From an uncultured Alphaproteobacteria bacterium (lineage in GTDB: Bacteria > Pseudomonadota > Alphaproteobacteria > HIMB59 > GCA-002718135): a DNA stretch of 64,000 bases. Location: contig CACMKW010000003.1 in assembly GCA_902614395.1 (NCBI GenBank), positions 36,474-100,473 of the forward strand, written 5' to 3'. How positions within the stretch are numbered: the first letter of the stretch is position 1; every line of letters begins with the position of its first letter. Under the pieces are notes generated by a model. The model was not told the DNA's origin and made no database searches. It saw only the letters and a program-made list of their open reading frames with translations. Position numbers and translations under genes: made by a program. Positions 35,361 to 44,973 of this stretch are shown here, one piece after another.

Positions 35361-36377
35361 TTGAACACTCTACAATATTTTTTAAGAAGAATTTTTGTTT
35401 CGATTATTGTATTTTTCGGTGTCTCGATTGTAATTTTTTGTCTTGCAAGACTGATACCTGGAGATCCAGCTAGGATAGCACTTGGACCATTTGCTACTGA
35501 TGAAATGGTTGAACAATTAAGAGAAACTTTACACTTAAATGAATCAATTTTTATACAATATGGAATTTTTATTGAAAAATTATTTCAAGGTGATTTAGGG
35601 ATTTCTACTTATACTAAAAGACCAGTATTAGTAGATATTGTTTCTTATTTTCCAGCTACGTTTGAATTGGTATTAATGTCTGGCTTATTAATGATTCTCA
35701 TCGGAATGCCTCTTGGAATTCTTTCTGGAAAATTTAAGAATAGTATTATTGATAATGTTGCAAGATTAATTTCACTTTTAGGAGTTGTAACTCCAAGTTT
35801 TCTTTGGGCAATAATACTAATGTTAATTTTTGCATTTTGGTTTCCAATTTTACCAGTTTCTGAAAGGATGAATGAAGCTTTAGATCCTCCAACACTTGTG
35901 ACTGGTTTGCTTTTGGTAGATTCTCTTCTTGAGGGCAATTTCAAAGTTTTTGGTGATGCTTTTTTACATCTAATTTTACCAGGTCTAGCTATAGCACTAC
36001 CTGCTATTGGTAATGTCGCTAGATTAACTAGAACTAATTTAAGTGATGTTTATGAAAAACAATATATTGAGTTTGCAAAATCATACTCTTTTAGTGAGTA
36101 TAGAATTGCAACTAAGTATGCATTAAAACCAGCCTCAATACCTACTGTTACAATAATCGGTTTAGATTTTGCTTTTATGTTAGGAAATGCATTTTTAGTT
36201 GAAACTGTTTTTGTTTGGCCTGGTATGGCCAAATATGGTGTTGAAGTTATATTGGCTAAAGATCTTAATGGTATAATTGCAACAGCATTAGTTATTACAA
36301 CATTCTTTCTAATTATTAATATGATTGTTGATTTTGTGGTATTACTCTTAAACCCTAGAATAACTACTAAGGATTGA
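35361..36377 (+). CDS. ABC transporter permease (DppB/OppB-like)
   Basis: Six TM segments and the N-terminus RRIFVSIIVFFGVSIVIFCLARLIPGDPA typical of the family. The ORF track starts it at a TTG codon. Confidence 0.85.
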   Translation: MNTLQYFLRRIFVSIIVFFGVSIVIFCLARLIPGDPARIALGPFATDEMVEQLRETLHLNESIFIQYGIFIEKLFQGDLGISTYTKRPVLVDIVSYFPATFELVLMSGLLMILIGMPLGILSGKFKNSIIDNVARLISLLGVVTPSFLWAIILMLIFAFWFPILPVSERMNEALDPPTLVTGLLLVDSLLEGNFKVFGDAFLHLILPGLAIALPAIGNVARLTRTNLSDVYEKQYIEFAKSYSFSEYRIATKYALKPASIPTVTIIGLDFAFMLGNAFLVETVFVWPGMAKYGVEVILAKDLNGIIATALVITTFFLIINMIVDFVVLLLNPRITTKD

Positions 36378-36378
36378 T

Positions 36379-37227
36379 ATGAATTTTTTTAAATCAAAAT
36401 ATTTTTATAAATTTAGTAGAAATCCTTTATCTGTAGTTGGTCTTGTAATTGTCACAACTATTGTAATTTTAGCAATATTTGCTCCGTTTATAACACCTTT
36501 TCCAGAACATGTTGGGCCATTTACAGATTTTGCAAACAAATCCAAGCCACCAAGTTCTACATATATTTTTGGTACAGATAAAATTGGAAGAGATATTTTT
36601 ACAAGAGTAATTTTTGGTTACAGAATTTCTTTAACACTAGGAATTGTAGTTCTTGCGATTGCTGTCCCAATTGGAGTTACAATGGGATTATGCGCAGGAT
36701 ATGTTGGTAAAAAAACTGAAATGATTTTAATGAGAATCACAGATGTTTTTTTAGCAATCCCCGCTTTAGTTTTAGCACTATCTATTATAGGTCTTTTAGA
36801 CAGACCCAATCTATTTTATACAATGATAGCTGTATCGATGGCATGGTGGCCATGGTACACAAGATTGATTTATAATATTACTCGTTCAGTAAAAACTGAG
36901 GGTTATATTGCAGCGGCTGAAATCATGGGCGCATCTAAATTGCATATTATGTTTAGAGAAATTTTACCTAATTGCCTTCCTTCACTACTTACAAAGATAA
37001 CTCTTGATTTAGGTTTTGTAATTCTTGTTGGATCTTCATTAAGTTTTTTGGGATTAGGTGCTCAACCCCCTACTCCTGACCTTGGTACAATGGTGGCAAA
37101 AGGAGCTTCAGTTCTACCTGACACTTGGTGGTTTTCGTTGTTTCCTGGTTTTGCAATTTTAATTGTAGTACTTGGTTTTAACTTAGTTGGAGACGGTCTG
37201 AAAGATATGTTTGATGTTGATGTCTAA
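36379..37227 (+). CDS. ABC transporter permease (DppC/OppC-like)
   Basis: TM topology and the block YIAAAEIMGASKLHIMFREILPN (EAA loop). Confidence 0.85.
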   Translation: MNFFKSKYFYKFSRNPLSVVGLVIVTTIVILAIFAPFITPFPEHVGPFTDFANKSKPPSSTYIFGTDKIGRDIFTRVIFGYRISLTLGIVVLAIAVPIGVTMGLCAGYVGKKTEMILMRITDVFLAIPALVLALSIIGLLDRPNLFYTMIAVSMAWWPWYTRLIYNITRSVKTEGYIAAAEIMGASKLHIMFREILPNCLPSLLTKITLDLGFVILVGSSLSFLGLGAQPPTPDLGTMVAKGASVLPDTWWFSLFPGFAILIVVLGFNLVGDGLKDMFDVDV

Positions 37228-38083
37228 TAAATTATTATCAATCAAAAATTTAGAGCTATCTTTTAAAATGTATGAAGGTACGCTAAATGTTCTAAAAAAA
37301 ATTAATTTAGAGTTGGAAAAAGGTGAAAAAGTAGCCTTAGTTGGAGAATCAGGTTCAGGTAAATCAGTAACAACTAAATTAATTTTAGGATTACTAAATC
37401 AAAAAAATGTTTTTAAAAATGGTAATATTATTTTCAAAGATAGAGAACTAATCAATTTATCCCAAAGAGAATTTAAAAAAATAAGAGGAAATAATATTTC
37501 TATAATATTTCAAGATCCAATCGCTGCATTAAATCCAGTATTTAAAATTAAAGAACAATTTTTTGAAGTAAATTGTAATGGTGGAAAAATTAGTAAAAAA
37601 GACTCATTTGATAAAGCATGTGAAGCGTTACTTAAGGTCTCAATAAGAGATCCTGAAAGAGTAATGGAGTCATATCCTTTTCAGCTAAGTGGTGGAATGG
37701 CTCAAAGAGTAGTGATTACAATGGCAATGATAAATAATCCTGACTTACTTTTAGCAGATGAGCCCAGTACTGCTTTAGATGTCACTGTGCAAAATCAGGC
37801 ATTAGATTTAATGGATGATTTAACAAAGGTAACGAATACAGCTGTACTTTTAATTACTCATAACATGGGAGTTGTTAGAAGATTTGCAGAGAAAGTCTAT
37901 GTCATTTACAGAGGTGTTATTGTAGAAGAAGGAACTAAGTCTCAAGTATTTAAAAATCCAGGTCATCCCTATACTGAAGCATTGTTACAATCTATTCCAA
38001 AATTAAATGGCACTAGTATACCAATTCACAATGATAATGCTCCTAACTACGCTGAAATTCCAAAATTTACACATCCAAAATGA
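37211..38083 (+). CDS. ABC transporter ATP-binding protein (DppD/OppD-like)
   Basis: Walker A GESGSGKS, signature LSGGMAQR, Walker B LLLADEPSTALD. Confidence 0.9.
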   Translation: MMLMSNKLLSIKNLELSFKMYEGTLNVLKKINLELEKGEKVALVGESGSGKSVTTKLILGLLNQKNVFKNGNIIFKDRELINLSQREFKKIRGNNISIIFQDPIAALNPVFKIKEQFFEVNCNGGKISKKDSFDKACEALLKVSIRDPERVMESYPFQLSGGMAQRVVITMAMINNPDLLLADEPSTALDVTVQNQALDLMDDLTKVTNTAVLLITHNMGVVRRFAEKVYVIYRGVIVEEGTKSQVFKNPGHPYTEALLQSIPKLNGTSIPIHNDNAPNYAEIPKFTHPK

Positions 38084-38853
38084 TTAAGATACAAGATATT
38101 TCAAAGCAATTTACAATTAAAAATAATATAGTGAAAGCACTATCAAATATAAACTTAGAAATATTAGAGAGAGATTGTTTTGCAATTGTTGGAGAGTCAG
38201 GTTCTGGCAAAACAACATTAGCTAATATTATATTAGGTATCTATCAACAAGATGAGGGGGAAGTTTTATTTGAAAATAAAATACTAATTAAAAACAGAAG
38301 TCTTCAACTTAGGAAACTAATCCAGTTTGTTCAGCAAAATCCAATGTCGACATTAAATCCCAAAAAAACTATCTACAGCACGATAGCCTTGCCATTACAG
38401 ATTCATAAAATTGTAGAAAATAATAAATACAAAGAAAAAGTTGAAGAACTCTTATCTTTTGTTGGTTTAGAAAGCAATTTTATGGATAGATATCCGGATA
38501 CATTATCTGGAGGGCAGAAACAAAGAGTTGCAATCGCAAGAGCTTTAGCAACAGAACCAAAAGTTATAATTCTTGATGAGCCAACCTCAGCTTTGGACGT
38601 TATTGTTCAATCAAAAGTATTAAATTTGTTATTAGACATAAAAAAGAAATTTGACCTTACATACATTTTTATTACCCATGATTTAAGTGTTGTAAAAAAT
38701 ATTGCTAATAAAGTAGTTGTAATGAATAAAGGTGAAATTGAAGAAACTGGAGAAACAATAGAAATTTTCCAAAACCCAAAAAGTGAATACACAAAAACTC
38801 TTATAAGAGCTATACCAACCGTAACTGATGAAGAAGATGCAACAAAACCATAA
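38080..38853 (+). CDS. ABC transporter ATP-binding protein (DppF/OppF-like)
   Basis: Walker A GESGSGKT, signature LSGGQKQR, Walker B IILDEPTSALD. It overlaps the previous gene by 4 nt. Confidence 0.9.
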   Translation: MIKIQDISKQFTIKNNIVKALSNINLEILERDCFAIVGESGSGKTTLANIILGIYQQDEGEVLFENKILIKNRSLQLRKLIQFVQQNPMSTLNPKKTIYSTIALPLQIHKIVENNKYKEKVEELLSFVGLESNFMDRYPDTLSGGQKQRVAIARALATEPKVIILDEPTSALDVIVQSKVLNLLLDIKKKFDLTYIFITHDLSVVKNIANKVVVMNKGEIEETGETIEIFQNPKSEYTKTLIRAIPTVTDEEDATKP

Positions 38854-39340
38854 TAAAATTTTAGTAGAATTAATAAATAAAACAAATTCTCAAAATTCTA
38901 AAAAATTTTTCAAAGAATTAGATTTAAAAGTTAAAAAGATTATAGGGCATAAATTATTTACACTGATGGTTGTAGATAAATCATTGAAGTATGTTGAAAG
39001 AGTATACTCTAGCAACATTAAAGCATATCCTCTTCTTGGCACAAAACCAATTCCTAAAAATGAGTGGACAAAAAAAGTTGTTTTGAATAAAAAAAATTTT
39101 CTTGGAAAAGATATGAAGACAATAAAAAAATTATTTTTTGATCATGAAGTGATATCAAGCCTAGGTTGTGGATCTATAATCAATATTCCTGTTATCAATA
39201 ATAACATAATATTAGGAACAATGAATATACTACATAAAGAGTTTTATTATAATTCAGATACTGTAAAGCTTGCTAAACCTTTTGCTAGTTTACTATCTGG
39301 ATATTTTTTATTTCATCAGCAAAATATGAAAACTAAATAA
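38828..39340 (+). CDS. small GAF-like domain protein (hypothetical)
   Basis: 170 aa. The pattern RVYSSN..AYPLLGTKP....W...V......FLG.........F.DHEVISSLGCGSIINIPV....ILGTMNILH resembles single-domain GAF proteins. The call is from memory of the family, with no search run. Confidence 0.4.
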   Translation: MKKMQQNHNKILVELINKTNSQNSKKFFKELDLKVKKIIGHKLFTLMVVDKSLKYVERVYSSNIKAYPLLGTKPIPKNEWTKKVVLNKKNFLGKDMKTIKKLFFDHEVISSLGCGSIINIPVINNNIILGTMNILHKEFYYNSDTVKLAKPFASLLSGYFLFHQQNMKTK

Positions 39341-40430
39341 TTCTTAATTCTTTAGAAAAGGTAGTTAAGCTTTTACATCCATCATTTGTAATTAAAACAT
39401 CATCTTCAATTCTAACACCAAGATCTCCTTGTTTATAAAGACCGGGTTCAATAGTGATTACCATGCCCTCCTCAAGAAGCTCATTATTTTTTCTCATAAT
39501 ATATGGATCTTCATGTACATCTAGTCCAAGACCATGTCCGGTTTTGTGAACAATATAATCTTTATAACCAGAATCTTCTAGAGAATTGAGTACACTGTCA
39601 TCTAAATTATGCATAGTTAAATTAGGTTTTGAAATACTTAATCCCAATTTATTTGCTTTCAAAACTGCATCATAAAAATTTTTTTGCTCATCTGAAGCAG
39701 AACCAACAAAAAAAGTTCTCGTTATATCTGAATTATAACCATTCACTACTGCTCCAAAATCGAAAAGGAGACAATCACCATCTTTTAAAAAATAATCATT
39801 ACTTGAATGACCATGAGGAAGTGCTGAGTTAGCACCTGCCAAAACAATAGGATCAAATGCAATACCTTCAGCACCATTTTCATAAAGTTGTTGGAGTAGA
39901 AAATTTTTAATTTCTATTTCCGACTTTCCTATTTCTACATAGTTAATAGTATTAGCTAACGTTGTTTCTGCAATTTTGATAGCTTTTTGTAAATTTTCTA
40001 CATCATCACTATTTTTACGTAATCGTATATTACTTATTATTCTTTGAGCATTACTGATATTTAAATCTTTATTTGCGTTTTTTATAGCTTCATATTCAAA
40101 AACCCTCATCCTTTGGCCCTCAACACCTAAAGATTTACAATTTTTAATTTTTTCAAATGCTTTATTAAATGCATCTTGATATCCATCACTATCTTGCCAT
40201 TGAAAAATTTCAGCATCAATATTCAGTTTTCTAAAACTATCAACTTCTAGTACTGGAAGTATTGCTAGAGGTTTTTGATTTTTGGAAATAATTAACGCTG
40301 TTGGTCTTTCCATCAAGTGAAAATCGCCACCAGTTAAATACCTAAAGTTTGAACCTGGAATAATTACGAATGCATCTAGATTATTTTCAATAAGCTGATG
40401 TTGTAATTTTTCTAATTTATCAATAAACAT
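39333..40430 (-). CDS. M24B-family Xaa-Pro dipeptidase/aminopeptidase (creatinase/prolidase fold)
   Basis: Metal-ligand blocks DFGAVVNGYNSDITRT, HKTGHGLGLDVHE, ITIEPG and VRIEDDV. An N-terminal creatinase-like domain is present. 365 aa. Confidence 0.8.
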   Translation of the reverse strand: MFIDKLEKLQHQLIENNLDAFVIIPGSNFRYLTGGDFHLMERPTALIISKNQKPLAILPVLEVDSFRKLNIDAEIFQWQDSDGYQDAFNKAFEKIKNCKSLGVEGQRMRVFEYEAIKNANKDLNISNAQRIISNIRLRKNSDDVENLQKAIKIAETTLANTINYVEIGKSEIEIKNFLLQQLYENGAEGIAFDPIVLAGANSALPHGHSSNDYFLKDGDCLLFDFGAVVNGYNSDITRTFFVGSASDEQKNFYDAVLKANKLGLSISKPNLTMHNLDDSVLNSLEDSGYKDYIVHKTGHGLGLDVHEDPYIMRKNNELLEEGMVITIEPGLYKQGDLGVRIEDDVLITNDGCKSLTTFSKELRII

Positions 40431-40485
40431 ATTAAGTTTTATTTAACCAATTTAATTTAAATTTAAACTAAATTTTAAATATAAA

Positions 40486-41394
40486 TTAAAAAATATAGTA
40501 CAAATAAGAAACATAGATAGATAAACCTAAAATTCCATATATTCGTCCAATTTTTTTCATTGAGAGCATAAAGATTAGAACTATTGAAGTAATAGCAACC
40601 ATAATTAATAAATCTTGTTTTAAGAATATTTCCGGTAATGAAAAATTACCAAACAAAGAACTAATACCTAGAACACCAAGAACATTATAAATATTTGATC
40701 CTAAAATATTCCCTAGAGCAAAATCAACTTTCTTTTTAATTGCAGATAAAATTCCAACAACTAATTCAGGGAGTGATGTGCCAAATGCAATTAATGATAA
40801 TCCTATAACTGCCTCAGAAACATTATATTTTTTTGCTATTTCAATTGCTGAACTAACTAATAAATCTGAGCCAAAAACTAAAAAAATAATACCTAGTACA
40901 ATTAATATTAATGAAATTATCGTTGAGTAATCATTTTTATCTATTTCTGTATTATCTATTTCTCCTTTTTTCATTTGAATGTACATTAAATAAATAAGAG
41001 TAAGAATAGCTACTATTCCAAAAATATAATTGAAATAAAAAAACGTCATAAAAATTAAAACAATGCCTAAGAAGATATTGATCCATGCTTGATTAATTTG
41101 ATTCTTATTTATGTTTACAATTGGAAAAATTATTGTCGTAGCAGCCATAACAAGTACTAGATTTGCAATATTACTCCCAACTACTGCACCTAAAGCAAGG
41201 TCAGAATAATTATTTAGGACTGCATTAATGCTACTTGCCAACTCAGGCAATGACGTACCCCCAGCTACAATTACAACTCCAATAGCAAATAATGAAATAT
41301 TTATTTTTTTTCCAAAACTAATTGAACCCCTAATAACGATTTCTGCACCTAATACTAAGAGACCCAAACCTATTATTGCGAGAAAAATATCCAT
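40486..41394 (-). CDS. CaCA-family sodium/calcium exchanger (YrbG-like)
   Basis: Two alpha-repeats with GTSLPEL (twice) and GSNI.N (twice). About 10 TM, 302 aa. Confidence 0.75.
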   Translation of the reverse strand: MDIFLAIIGLGLLVLGAEIVIRGSISFGKKINISLFAIGVVIVAGGTSLPELASSINAVLNNYSDLALGAVVGSNIANLVLVMAATTIIFPIVNINKNQINQAWINIFLGIVLIFMTFFYFNYIFGIVAILTLIYLMYIQMKKGEIDNTEIDKNDYSTIISLILIVLGIIFLVFGSDLLVSSAIEIAKKYNVSEAVIGLSLIAFGTSLPELVVGILSAIKKKVDFALGNILGSNIYNVLGVLGISSLFGNFSLPEIFLKQDLLIMVAITSIVLIFMLSMKKIGRIYGILGLSIYVSYLYYIF

Positions 41395-41465
41395 TAATAA
41401 TTTTAATTATTTTAGTTAGTTATATGTTTAATTTAATTAGTATATAATAAAAAAAATTCTTAATA

Positions 41466-43070
41466 ATGAATGAACAATTTGATTATATTATAATTGGTGC
41501 TGGGACAGCTGGTTGTATTTTAGCAAATAGACTCACAGAAAACAAAAAAATTAGAGTTTTATTAATTGAAGCCGGTGGTAAGGATATAAATCCTTGGATA
41601 CATATTCCTGGAGGATATTTCAAAACAATGCATAACCCAAATACGGATTGGTGTTTTACTACTGAAGAGGAAGAATTTTGTAATAATAGAAAAATGCTTA
41701 TTCCAAGAGGAAAAACGCTAGGTGGCAGTTCGTCAATAAATGGTATGCTGTATATTAGAGGTCATGCTAATGACTATAATTACTGGAGACAATTAGGAAA
41801 TATTGGTTGGTCTTGGGATGATGTATTGCCTTATTTTAAAAAATCAGAAAATTATAAAATCTCTAAAAGTGATTTTCATGGGGACAGTGGTCCTATCAAA
41901 GTAGAACAAATTAGATCAAAATTTAAATTATTAGATTTATTTTTAGATGCTGCGGAAGAATTTGGTTACAAAAAAAATTCTGATTTTAATGATGGTGATA
42001 ATGAAGGTATGGGATATTTCCCAATGACAATTGATAGAGGTTTTAGATGTAGTTCTGCTGTAGGTTTTTTAAATCCTGTAAAAAATAGAAAAAATTTAAA
42101 AATCATTACAAATGCACATGTAAAAAATTTAACCTTTGAAAACTTTAAAGTAAAAAATGTAAATGTCTGGAGAGGTAATGAAGAATTTATTTATTCTGTA
42201 AATAGAGAAGTATTATTATGTGCAGGTACTATAGGTTCCCCTCACATACTTCAAACATCAGGTGTTGGACCAGGAGAATTATTAAATAAGAATAATATTA
42301 ATATCGTTAGAGAAATTAATGGTGTTGGAAAAAATTTGACTGATCATTTAATGTTAAGACCTGTATACAAAATTAAAAATCTAGAAACATTAAATGATAT
42401 ATATCACAGTTTTACAAAAAAATTTTTAACTGGATTAAATTATTTTATTTACAGAAAAGGCCCATTAACAGTTGGAGCTAGCTATTTGTGTGGTTTCATT
42501 AAAAGTGACTCTTATTTAGAAAATCCTAATTTACAGTTTCATATTTCACCTGCTAGTACAGATTTATTAGGTAAAGCTGAACTACATAAATTTCCAGCTT
42601 TTACACCTACGATTACAAATGTTCGCCCAACAAGTAGAGGAACTATAGAAATCAAATCTTCTGATACAAGAATTTATCCAAAAATAAAAATGAACTATCT
42701 GTCTACTTACGAAGATAGAGAGATTGCAGCGAAATCAATTAAGATAGTTAGAAAAATAGTTTTAGAGTCAAAGGCATACAATAAATATCAACCAAAAGAA
42801 TACAGGCCTGGAATAGAATTTAAAGATAATGAATCGTTAGCAAGAGAAGCAGGTAAATTTGCAAATACTATTTTTCATCCAGTTAGCACATGTAGGATGG
42901 GTAATGATGAAAACTCAGTTGTAAATGATCATCTCAAAGTAAAAGGTATACACAACTTAAGAGTAGTTGATGCATCTGTGATGCCTACTATTACATCTGG
43001 AAATACTAACGCGCCAACAATGATGATTGCTGAAAAAGGTTCTGATCTAATAATTAAAGATCAAAAATGA
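41466..43070 (+). CDS. GMC-family FAD oxidoreductase (choline/alcohol dehydrogenase-like)
   Basis: FAD fingerprint IIIGAGTAGC, GMC signature GGSSSINGMLYIRG, C-terminal HPVSTCRMG...NTNAPTMMIAEK. Confidence 0.85.
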   Translation: MNEQFDYIIIGAGTAGCILANRLTENKKIRVLLIEAGGKDINPWIHIPGGYFKTMHNPNTDWCFTTEEEEFCNNRKMLIPRGKTLGGSSSINGMLYIRGHANDYNYWRQLGNIGWSWDDVLPYFKKSENYKISKSDFHGDSGPIKVEQIRSKFKLLDLFLDAAEEFGYKKNSDFNDGDNEGMGYFPMTIDRGFRCSSAVGFLNPVKNRKNLKIITNAHVKNLTFENFKVKNVNVWRGNEEFIYSVNREVLLCAGTIGSPHILQTSGVGPGELLNKNNINIVREINGVGKNLTDHLMLRPVYKIKNLETLNDIYHSFTKKFLTGLNYFIYRKGPLTVGASYLCGFIKSDSYLENPNLQFHISPASTDLLGKAELHKFPAFTPTITNVRPTSRGTIEIKSSDTRIYPKIKMNYLSTYEDREIAAKSIKIVRKIVLESKAYNKYQPKEYRPGIEFKDNESLAREAGKFANTIFHPVSTCRMGNDENSVVNDHLKVKGIHNLRVVDASVMPTITSGNTNAPTMMIAEKGSDLIIKDQK

Positions 43071-44840
43071 TTATTGAACTACTGTATCTTTAGGATCAAT
43101 TCCAGCTACTTCTACTGGAGCTTTCATTGCGTCTCTTCTAAAAGGTTCACCTAATTCTTGGTTAAGCATCACTTCAATGAAGGTTGTTATTCCTTGCATC
43201 TGATCCTTACAAGATTGTTGTAAAGCCTCTGTTAGTTCCTCTTGAGAATTGACTTTAATGCCCTTAAAACCACAAGCCTCTGCTATTTTTGCATAGCTTA
43301 ATTTAGGATCAAGTTCAGTTCCAACAAAATTGTTATTATACCAAAGTGTAGTATTTCTTTTCTCCGCTCCCCATTGATAATTTCTAAAAATTATCATTGT
43401 AATATTTGGCCATCCATCTCTATTGCAAGAAGTCATTTCACTCATACTAATTCCAAATGCGCCATCACCTGCAAAGCCTACAACTGGTGTATCAGGACAG
43501 CCTATTTTTGCTCCAATTACAGATGGAAAACCATAACCACATGGTCCAAATAAACCAGGTGCTAAATACTTTCTACCATTCTCAAATGTTGGGTAAGCGT
43601 TACCAATTGCACAATTATTTCCTATATCACTTGATATAATTGCATCTTCAGGTAAACCTGCTTGAATAGCTCTCCAAGCCATTCTTGGTGACATTTTCTC
43701 TGGTTCTCTATCTCGTGAGTCTTTATTCCAAGATGTGCCAGGATCATCTTCTTCATGATCAAGGCCAGTTAATGTTTGTAGCCAAGCTGACTTTGTCTTA
43801 TGAATCAACTCTTCTCGTTCTTTTCGATCTTGATCACCTGCATTTGTAGCAAGATTTTCTAAAATTTGCTTCGCAACAAGTTTTGCGTCTCCACAAATAC
43901 CAACACTAATTTTTTTAGTTAAACCAATACGATCAGAATTGATATCAACTTGAATGACATCTGCATTTTTTGGCCAATAATCTATTCCATAACCTGGTAA
44001 AGTTGAGAAAGGATTTAATCTTGTACCAAGTGCGAGAACTACATCTGCCTTGGAAATTATTTCCATTGCTGCTTTAGATCCATTGTATCCTAAAGGACCA
44101 ACCGCAAGAGGATGTTTGCCCGGAAAACTATCATTATGTTGATATCCACAAGCAACTGGAGCGCTTAATTTTTCTGCAAGTTTTTTACAATCATCTATAG
44201 CGTCAGCTAAAATTACTCCAGCACCAGATAAAATAACAGGGAATTTTGCATTAGATAAAAGATTTGCGGCTTCCTTAATTGCTTCAATTCCACCAGAAGG
44301 TCTTTCAAATTTTATAATTGGTGGTAGATCAATATCAACAACTTGAGTCCAAAAATCTCTTGGTATATTTAATTGAGCAGGAGCAGATCCTTTAATAGCT
44401 TTTGAAATAACTCTATTTAAAACTTCTGCTACTCTAGCTGGATCTCTTACCTCTTCTTGATAACACACCATATCTTTAAATAAGTTCATTTGCTCAACTT
44501 CTTGGAAGCCTCCTTGACCAATAGTTTTGTTAGCTGCTTGTGGAGTAACTAAGAGCATTGGAGTATGATTCCAAAAAGCAGTTTTTATAGGTGTAACTAA
44601 GCCAGTTATACCAGGTCCATTTTGCGCAATACACATTGCGATTTTACCAGTTGATCTAGTATATCCATCAGCCATAATTCCACCGTTTGACTCATGAGCA
44701 ACATCCCAAAATGTTATTCCAGCTTTAGGAAAAAGATCAGATATTGGCATAAATGCAGATCCAATTATTCCAAAAGCGTGTTGAATACCGTGTTTCTGTA
44801 AAACTTTTACGAAAGCTTCTTCTGTTGTCATTTTTGCCAT
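43071..44840 (-). CDS. xsc: sulfoacetaldehyde acetyltransferase (ThDP-dependent)
   Basis: MTTEEAFVKVLQKHGIQHAFGIIGSA, TPQAANKTIGQGGFQEVEQM, NIPRDFWTQV, LGYNGSKAAMEIISKADVVLALGTRLNPFSTLPGYGIDYWP, ThDP motif GDGAFGISM...N, C-terminal GEPFRRDAMK. These blocks match characterised Xsc proteins as I recall them, and do not match acetolactate synthase. Confidence 0.85.
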   Translation of the reverse strand: MAKMTTEEAFVKVLQKHGIQHAFGIIGSAFMPISDLFPKAGITFWDVAHESNGGIMADGYTRSTGKIAMCIAQNGPGITGLVTPIKTAFWNHTPMLLVTPQAANKTIGQGGFQEVEQMNLFKDMVCYQEEVRDPARVAEVLNRVISKAIKGSAPAQLNIPRDFWTQVVDIDLPPIIKFERPSGGIEAIKEAANLLSNAKFPVILSGAGVILADAIDDCKKLAEKLSAPVACGYQHNDSFPGKHPLAVGPLGYNGSKAAMEIISKADVVLALGTRLNPFSTLPGYGIDYWPKNADVIQVDINSDRIGLTKKISVGICGDAKLVAKQILENLATNAGDQDRKEREELIHKTKSAWLQTLTGLDHEEDDPGTSWNKDSRDREPEKMSPRMAWRAIQAGLPEDAIISSDIGNNCAIGNAYPTFENGRKYLAPGLFGPCGYGFPSVIGAKIGCPDTPVVGFAGDGAFGISMSEMTSCNRDGWPNITMIIFRNYQWGAEKRNTTLWYNNNFVGTELDPKLSYAKIAEACGFKGIKVNSQEELTEALQQSCKDQMQGITTFIEVMLNQELGEPFRRDAMKAPVEVAGIDPKDTVVQ

Positions 44841-44973
44841 AATAAAACCCTTAATATATTATTCTTACCTACATTAAATTAATTTTTAAATGAACTACAA
44901 TAATCTTGTTAGTTATTTATTAATTTTATAAAATTCCTATTTAAAGAAAAATTAATTAATTACGATTGATAAA

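Noticed and set aside
43071-44840. Reading the ThDP enzyme as an acetolactate synthase large subunit or glyoxylate carboligase
   Set aside because: The N-terminus MTTEEAFVKVLQ.HGI.HAFGIIGSA, NIPRDFWTQV, LGYNGSKAAMEIISKADVVLALGTRLNPFSTLPGYGIDYWP and C-terminal GEPFRRDAMK match Xsc as I recall it. There is no ilvN/ilvH small subunit next to it. This still needs a phylogeny to confirm.
44841-44973. Riboswitch or structured leader upstream of xsc (133-nt gap)
   Set aside because: The sequence is almost pure A/T. I can find no GC-containing helices or known riboswitch cores. It is more likely just two divergent promoters.
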